Assembly: GCF_037042905.1 (NCBI RefSeq)
Contig: NC_087245.1
Span: forward strand, 27,344,001 to 27,408,000
From: Lytechinus pictus
Lineage: Eukaryota
Reading direction: 5' to 3'
DNA length: 64,000 bases
The position numbers and the translations under genes were made by a program. Shown here one piece after another: positions 56,340 to 64,000 of the stretch. A model generated the notes under the pieces. It did not search any database. It had not been told where the DNA came from and saw only the letters and a program-made list of their open reading frames with translations. Each line of letters starts with the position of its first letter. The stretch's first letter is position 1.

Positions 56340-58040
56340 AATCCAATATGGCCGCCAAAATATTCATATTACCCATGAAAATCATAAAATTGCCAAAAAA
56401 TTTGTTATAAAATGTATGTAATTGTGTTGCAGGAGTGAAATACTCTGAATTTTTTTTTGAAAAAATATTTATTTCTTGATATTCAAAATGGCCGCCACAG
56501 ACCGCTGTATACCCTATTATGTACAATATGAATAGGGAAAATTAAGTTTTCACAAAATTGATCACTAAACTACAAGTAATTGTCATCTATGAACGAAGTA
56601 ATAATCATCAATGCTAACATGATATATCATTTATCATGTCATGTATAGGAAAATTGTTGTATTCAATATTCAAAATAGCTGCCACTGGCCTAAATAGTAT
56701 TATTTTCTATGGCAAAGGGGCCAACAAAAATCGCAAGAGTGAGCACTAAAATGCATATTATTAAGAAAAAAACGAGTGGAATACTGACTAAAAACACAAT
56801 TGCTAACGAAATATATTTTTAATATGCCATGTATGTGATAAATGCTGTATTTTGATATTCAAAGTGGCTGCCAAAGGCCCCAACAGTATTATGTACAATG
56901 AGAAAGAGGACCAAAGAAATCACAAGAGTGAGCACTGAAATGCATTTATTTGTGATGGATAAGTGGATACTGTCTAAAAACATATTTTCAACGAAATATA
57001 TCATTCAGGTTTAAAGTTTGTGTTTAATACTGTATTTTGACTTTCAAAATGGACGCCATAGACATTGATTGTATTATGTACAATGCGAACTAGGAAATAA
57101 ATTTTCACACGAGTGAGCACCATAAATGCACGTAATTGTGATCTATGATAAAAATATTGTCTGAAAGCATAATTTCTAACAAGATATACCAGTTCTTCTG
57201 CCGGGTAGGTGATAAATACTGTATTTTGAAAGTCAAAATGGCCGCTACAGGACCAACAGTATTATGTACCATGTGAATGGGGACAAATGATTTTAATAGA
57301 TTTTGGCTTTGCTTGACTAAATGGTGTGTGAAATATTGTCTGAAAACATGATTACTAACGAAATATATCATAGCATCTAAAATTTAGGTGATAAATGTTA
57401 TATTTCAAAATTCAAAATGGCCGCCATATGCCCTTTTGTGAAAATTATCTGTCCTCATTCAAATTGTACATAATACAATAAAGGCCCATGGCGGCAATTT
57501 TCCATTTCAGAATGCAGCATTTATCACCTTAAATGCACCAGACATGATGTACCTCGTTAGGAGCCATGGTTTTAGACAATATTTCACTCTTACATCACAA
57601 TTATATGCAATACTTATAGTCAAGCAAAGCCAAATTCTGTCAAAATTATATGTTCCAAATTACAATGTACATAGTACTTCTAGCCATTTTGAATTTCAAA
57701 GTACAACACTTATTACCTCCATGACCAATATGTGATGCATTTATTCAGAGATCTTGTTTAAGACAATATTTTTACTCATACATCACAGTTACATGCATTT
57801 TATGATTCTCACTCTTGTAAAAAAATAGATTCCCTATACGCATGTAACATAATCTAGTTAGGGCTTGTATCATCTATTTGGAATGTCAAAATACAGTATT
57901 TATCACTTACTTGGCAGAAGAAATGCTATATTTCATAAAAATCATGTTTTCAAATAATTCTTTATCATACAAAATGATTTTATGGATTTCATAGTCAAGT
58001 AAATCCAAATTCTTACAAAATTACATGTCCCCATTTACAT
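56340..58040. repeat. Degenerate ~187-bp periodic array carrying CAAAATGGCCGCC, orientation switch at ~57450
   Basis: Motif at ~56485, 56671, 56860, 57044, 57234, 57413, then inverted at ~57489, 57681, 57870. Confidence 0.75.
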
Positions 58041-58048
58041 TGTAGATA

Positions 58049-58512
58049 TTGTACAGAACTAGAAACTCAGTGCACAATGGTGTAGTGGTACCGCTTGTAC
58101 GCACGCAGGCTGGAAAAAATGCCTTGTCTCATAGTGATGCCATTCTTTGGAATCAGCTGGATAGTGTTACCCGTAGTGCAGTCTCGAGGCAATCCTTTGC
58201 TACGTCTTATTGGAGAGCGAGACACTACTACTAAATTAAAAATAACTACCCCTATCTGATTGGTTCCAGGGACAAGCAATCAAGTAAACACAAAATTAAT
58301 CAATAATCATATGATCATAGGGAATATAAACTTATCTGGATTTGCTTCTGCGCAATATATATGTTGACTTTTGTTCTACATACACACATGTATTTCAGTA
58401 TGTCTGTGTGTATGTCCTGCAGGTTGCTTGTCTCTTTAAACATATTTTTTTTCCTTGTTTACAGTGCTTAGTCCACTGATGGGGCTACCATGGGTAAATA
58501 AATAAATAAATA
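58049..58512 (+). mobile_element. 5'-truncated L2/CR1-type LINE 3' fragment
   Basis: YRTRNS..VVVPLVRTQAGKNALSHSDAILWNQLDSVTRSAVSRQSF resembles the C-terminal TR..VP..RT..GK..F...A..LWN.L motif of CR1/L2 ORF2; ends in an (AAAT)n tail. Confidence 0.7.
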
Positions 58513-60491
58513 TATATGGAAAGCAAGGTTTTGCCTCTTCTATCCTGGACTATGAGTACCGTACGTGCAGTCGAACGCGGTAGCTCGCTTTAATAGCCTA
58601 TAGTGCGTCACGTGCACCTTGGCGAGTATGTATAAGTCGCCTTCTCGTCTTAAACAAGGCGCCTTGGCGAGTTTATACATGTCGCCTTCACGCCTTCTCG
58701 TCTTAAACAAGGCGCCTTTGACAGTTTGTACAAGTCGCCTTCTCACCTGTTCGTCTTAGACAAGGCGCCTTGGCGACTTTGTACAAGTCGCCATCTCGCC
58801 TTCTCGTCTCAGACAAGGCGCCTTGGCGACTTTGTACAAGTCGCCATCTCGCCTTCTCGTCTCAGACAAGGCGCCTTGACGAGCCGCCTTCCGGGTTATC
58901 TGGCTAGGACAATTAAGGCGACTTGGGGAGTTACACAAGTCGCCTTGTAGGTGGCAATTCAAGCTTCCGTACTCATGCATAGCCAAAATTGGCCGGCAGA
59001 GCAGAAAACAGCGCTTTTTTCTGCGGAAGTGGTTGAAAGGTCATCGTAAGCTCCGCCCCAAAATTACGTTTTGGATGTCAAAGCATTCACACGGCTGTTT
59101 CGCTCCGTCATTCCCGAATATCATCCCTGGAAAACACCTTGATACCGTCATTTGAATTGCGCATTTCAAATAATGCTATTTTGTATTCACACACTCAAAC
59201 TGCGTCATTCAAATTATGCCATTTTGCATTTACACGCTCAAATCGCGTCATTCGAATGATCATTCGAATGACGCAGTTTGAGCGCGTGAATGCAAAATAG
59301 CGTAATTCGAAGTGCGCAATTCAAATGATTTCGAGGTGTTTTCCAGTGACGATATTCCAGAATGACGGAGCGAAACAGCCGTGTGAATGCTTTGACCTCC
59401 AAAACTCAATTCTGGGGGCGGAGGCTAATTAGGGTGACCTTTCAACCACTTCCGCAGAAAACCCGCTATTTTCTCCTCTGTTGGCAAATTTTAGCAATGC
59501 ACGAGTGATTGACGGGGTACCAAACAGAAATCACACCTTTTCTTATGGTGCGAAACGGAAAGCCGCATAATTCCCGAATCCTCCTGAGCTGTGTGAACGG
59601 AAGATGATTCTAGCGTCATTACAATTCAGCATTACAATCAAGCATTCAAATGACGCGAAATGCGAGCGTGTGAAACCCCTCTCTCTTATTTAAGCTCAGG
59701 GTTTTATCGGATGACATCAAAGCATCTGGTAATATAAGTATCTTTTTTTTTTTAAATAAATCGTGACAGCGAACCACACTATTTAAAACCTAAACACGTA
59801 TTTAACTCTATGCTGAGACCATAGAGTTAAATACGTACCTTGTGTGTGTGTGTGTGCGCGCGCGTAGACGCGTGTTTACGAGAGTGGGTATGATTACGTG
59901 CAGGGGGGGGGGGGGGGGTGTGTATTTGCGTGTGTTTTATTGTGTGTGAGGATTTTATAAGCGTGGGGTTTATGAAAATGACTTTCAGGTCTACAATTAC
60001 ATCATTGGAGCTAAGTCGACAAGAAGCCATTGAAACATTGAAGTGGAAACGATAATATTTATGTTTACAACAATATTCTCTTAAGAAAGCTTTTCTTCGT
60101 AGTGTCTTGTTCTTAATCATCATCCCTTCTTAATATAAGTAGTCTTTGAGGTTCTGCCGACACATTATTTGATGATCTTCGGTGGCATTATTAAAACATT
60201 TTCCCCTTTTATAACATGTTTTTATCGTCTTCTCTCAATTAAGATATAAAACAACAATGTAAGTTCATTGTTATCTTTTGTTTTATAACGTGTTTTATTG
60301 TCTTCTCTCAAATAGAATATAAAACAACAATATAAGTCTCATAAGCTAATCATACAATCACTGAAAGAAGTATCATCACAGAATTACAAAATTGTACAAG
60401 GATCATTGAGAATGAAAAACAAAGTGATAATGATAATTACGAACCTTTTTTTCAAAACAAATTGAAATTCAAAAGAAACTGAAATAATAAA

Positions 60492-62903
60492 GAAAACAAA
60501 AACGATAAAAATACCAGTTGGGATGGGTCCACCATCCCCTCGAGACCCTAACCCCTCCACTCTTAATCAAAACTAGCCTCCTTCTTCCTTTCCCTTTCCT
60601 TTTCAGGGGCCGCGGAACGGTTTTGAAAGAGGGGGGGGGCGGCTGACCATGCAAAAAATAATAATCAGATGGTCATTCACGTTTTCGTACACGGTTTTGG
60701 AAAAAAGGTGCTGGTGCTGAAGCCGCCGCATCCCTCCGTTTTCGCGGCCCCTGCTTTTTAAGTACATACCAGAAAAGATCTTTGGTTCAAAGGTAAATGA
60801 TTATCGTTGTCCTGGGCCCTGTTGCATAGAAAATTATGTATTGATTTATGTCATGATTTATGTCATATAGCATAAATCATGACGTAAACAGAAATATTGA
60901 CATAAATCCCGTTGCATAAAGCTTTATGTCATAGATCACGACATAAAATTGACATAATATCATATTTCACCTTTTCTCTTTCCTTTTCTTTTTTGGTCGT
61001 GAATTTTTATTTTATTATTATTATTATTATTTTCTTTTTGTTTGTGGCGGGGGGGGGGGGGTACAGTCCCCAAGCCCCTCATCTGTACGCCACTGCCTAT
61101 CTATCCCACTCACATGACTTATGAAACTTAAGGCACGTAGGATTATTCTTACAAGCTTTTTTCCTTCATAAGTAGTAACATCTAAAAAATAGAATATTGT
61201 CTTGTTTCAAAGAGGCACTTGTTAACACATAAAAAGGGGACGTTTTTCAGGAAAAAAGGGACACAGAACACGTTCGTGAGGGGCACTTTTCTTGGGTAAA
61301 AAAGGGGCACTGATTCGAGACAGTGCACTTTATACAAGAAGGCAAAGGGGCACTTGCTCACATATAAAACGGGTCCTTTTCAGGTAAAAGGGGCACAGAA
61401 CACGTTCGAGAGGGGGCATTTTTGTTAAAGATTGGCAATGATACGACAAATGGCACTTGAAAACAAAAACGATAAAAATACCAGTTGGGATGGGTCCACC
61501 ATCCCCTCGAAACCCCCTGACCCCTCCACTCTCTTAATCAAAACTAGCCTCCTTCTTGTTTTTCCTTTCCTTTTCAGGGGCCGCGGAACGGTTTTGAAAG
61601 AGGGGGGGGGGGGCGGCTGACCATGCAAAAAATAATAATCAGATGGTCATTCACGTTTTCGTACACGGTTTTGGAAAAAAGGTGCTGGTGCTGAAGCCGC
61701 CGCATCCCTCCGTTTTCGCGGCCCCTGCTTTTTAAGTACATACCGGAAAAGATCTTTGGTTCAAAGGTAAATGATTATCGTGGTCCTGGGCCCTGTTGCA
61801 TAGAAAATTATGTATTGATTTATGTCATGATTTATGTCACGATTTATGTCATATAGCATAAATCATGACGTAAACAGAAATATTGACATAAATCCCGTTG
61901 AATAAAGCTTTATGTCATAGATCACGACATAAAATTGACATAATATCATATTTCACCTTTTCTCTTTCCTTTTCTTTTTTTGGTCGTGAATTTTTATTAT
62001 GTTATTATTATTATTATTTTCTTTTTGTTTGGGGGGGGGGTACAGTCCCCAAGCCCCTCATCTGTACGCCACTGCCTATCTATCCCACTCACATGACTTA
62101 TGAAACTTAAGGCACGTAGGATTATTCTTACAAGCTTTTTTCCTTCATAAGTAGTAACATCTAAAAAATAGAATATTGTCTTGTTTCAAAGAGGCACTTG
62201 TTAACACATAAAAAGGGGACGTTTTTCAGGAAAAAAGGGACACAGAACACGTTCGTGAGGGGCACTTTTCTTGGGTAAAAAAGGGGCACTGATTCGAGAC
62301 AGTGCACTTTATACAAGAAGGCAAAGGGGCACTTGCTCACATATAAAACGGGTCCTTCTCGGGTAAAAGGGGCACAGAACACGTTCGAGAGGGGGCATTT
62401 TTTGTTAAAGATTGGCAATGATACGAGAAATGGCACTTGAAAACAAAAACGATAAAAATACCAGTTGGGATGGGTCCACCATCCCCTCGAAACCCCCTGA
62501 CCCCTCCACTCTTTTAATAAGAACTAGCTTCCTTCTTCTTTTTCCTCTCCTTTTCAGGGACCGCGGAACGGTTTTGAAAGGGGGCGGCTGACCATGCAAA
62601 CAAATCATAATCAGATGGTCATTCACGTTTTCGTATTCAAATTCAGAAAAAAGGTGCTGGTGCTGAAGCCCACACAGCCCTCTGTTTTCGCGGCCCCTTC
62701 TTTTTAAGTACATACCGGAAAAGATCTTTGGTTCAAAGGTAAATGATTATCGTGGTCCTGGGCCCTGTTGCATAGAAAATTATGTCTTGATTTATGTCAT
62801 GCTTTATGTCACGATTTATGTCATATAGCATAAATCATGACGTAAACAGAAATATTGACATAAATCCCGTTGCATAAAGCTTTATGTCATAAATCACGAC
62901 ATA
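60492..62903. repeat. Tandem repeat, ~970-bp unit x 2.5
   Basis: Units start at 60492, 61459 and 62439; near-identical; each holds a CAGGGGCCGCGG...CGCGGCCCCTG mini-element and a TTTATGTCA-repeat element. Confidence 0.95.
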
Positions 62904-63264
62904 AACGGCGGCTTTCCGCAAGAAGGGACTTATTAAAAGGGTACTTTTACGATGATATTTTTAATTATGCCCTTTGTAATTTGATGATATTTTGAGTTTG
63001 GCTATCGAGTTTCGAAATAATTTTTGTGTCATTGGATAGCCTATAGTTTATTCTTTAATATTTGAAAAATATAATACTCGTAAATATTTATATTAAGAAA
63101 TAAGCAGAGCTAGGCCTAAGCATAATAGTTAGTGTCCTTGCTTATTTGAGGATAGGATATTATAATTGATATCAACGTACATATTTTTCAAGCACCACCC
63201 CTCCCTCCCCAAACAGTGATAATAACTTTGACTTTCAGTCTAGAATCGCCCCATGCTTAATTTA

Positions 63265-63935
63265 AGGCCTGGTCGCACCGCCCGAGCGTTGTTGGAGCGG
63301 TCGTGGAGCGGTAGCGAGAGAGGGTCGAATTTCGACAACGCTCGTCACCGCTCACAAAATTGGGGAAAAATCTAAAACATGGGCGTTGCCTTAGCGGTGC
63401 ACCGCTGAAGCCAGCGTAGCTTTAGCGTTGGTTTAACGGTGGCGAGCGGTCGCGAGCGTTGGTTTAGTGGTGACTCGAGCGTTGATAGAGCGGAGTTCTG
63501 CGCATGCGGGCGTCGCACAGTGGGCCAGAATGAGTTGAAAGTGCGCCAAAATTATTTTCCGTGTTATATATTTACTTTAACATGTAGATTAAGAGTAATT
63601 TTGGGCGAAGAATCGACTGAACATAATTTAAAGCCCACATGACATCACTTTGATACCAAATTTTGATTGGCTGCTTAAAACCTATCTGTGAAAAGAAAAA
63701 TTACGCTAAACAATGTGAAGTATACAAACTTTGTGTTATGTGTTACTTTAAGATTGATCAGAGTGAATGTTGGTTTATGCTTCTCACATGCCTAAAAAGT
63801 GTGTATGAGATCCTGAAAATAATTTCATGGGATCAAAATGATCATTAGATTAAAAAAATACTTAGCGAGCGGTGATGATTTTTTCTCTCCGCTCCACGAC
63901 CGCTCCAAAAACGCTCGGGCGGTGTGACCAGGCCT
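63265..63935. mobile_element. PIF/Harbinger-like non-autonomous element
   Basis: TTA|AGGCCTGGTCGCACCGCCCGAGCG...CGCTCGGGCGGTGTGACCAGGCCT|TTA; ~45-bp TIR, 3-bp TSD. Confidence 0.9.
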
Positions 63936-64000
63936 TTAGATGTGATTAAACAAGAAATTTGGTACACACATTGGGTGATTTCAAGTCCGGTGTTGGCGTT

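Larger units (their letters stand above)
55689..58971. mobile_element. Foldback-type DNA element with long internally repetitive TIRs
   Basis: Termini TACGGAAGCT/AGCTTCCGTA; TSD CTCATG; TIRs ~55689-56230 and ~58524-58971 built from ~45-54-bp AAGGCGCCTTGT units plus a non-repetitive inner domain. Confidence 0.88.
55521..59682. mobile_element. Palindromic host MITE (~0.9 kb, centre ~59260) split by the 55689-58971 insertion
   Basis: 55521-55688 + 58978-59260 is the reverse complement of 59260-59682; centre TCATTCGAATGATCATTCGAATGA. Confidence 0.8.

Overview
AT-rich eukaryotic (animal) genomic DNA. The repeat landscape suggests an echinoderm, probably a sea urchin; this is inference from element types, not a database match. 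Only one protein-coding gene is supportable: a minus-strand spliced neuropeptide precursor. Coding exon A (ATG 17244 to 17031; signal peptide plus acidic spacer) joins across a 13.3-kb phase-1 intron to coding exon B (3699-3536). The product is a 125-aa protein ending RSRR-SGFLLESFKPVSMDVIRRVLKNKHQEALANARRNLIDHNNQIMSMQ-GRR*, a predicted 46-aa amidated CRH/DH44-type peptide. The rest is non-coding: candidate 5' non-coding exons, many non-autonomous DNA transposons (TTAA Kolobok-like, hAT, Harbinger-like, Tc1-like, CACT-type), a tRNA-derived SINE, a LINE 3' fragment, a nested foldback element (55.5-59.7 kb), a recent ~970-bp tandem triplication, two isolated hairpins and microsatellites. I could not support any other ORF-track entry as a gene.
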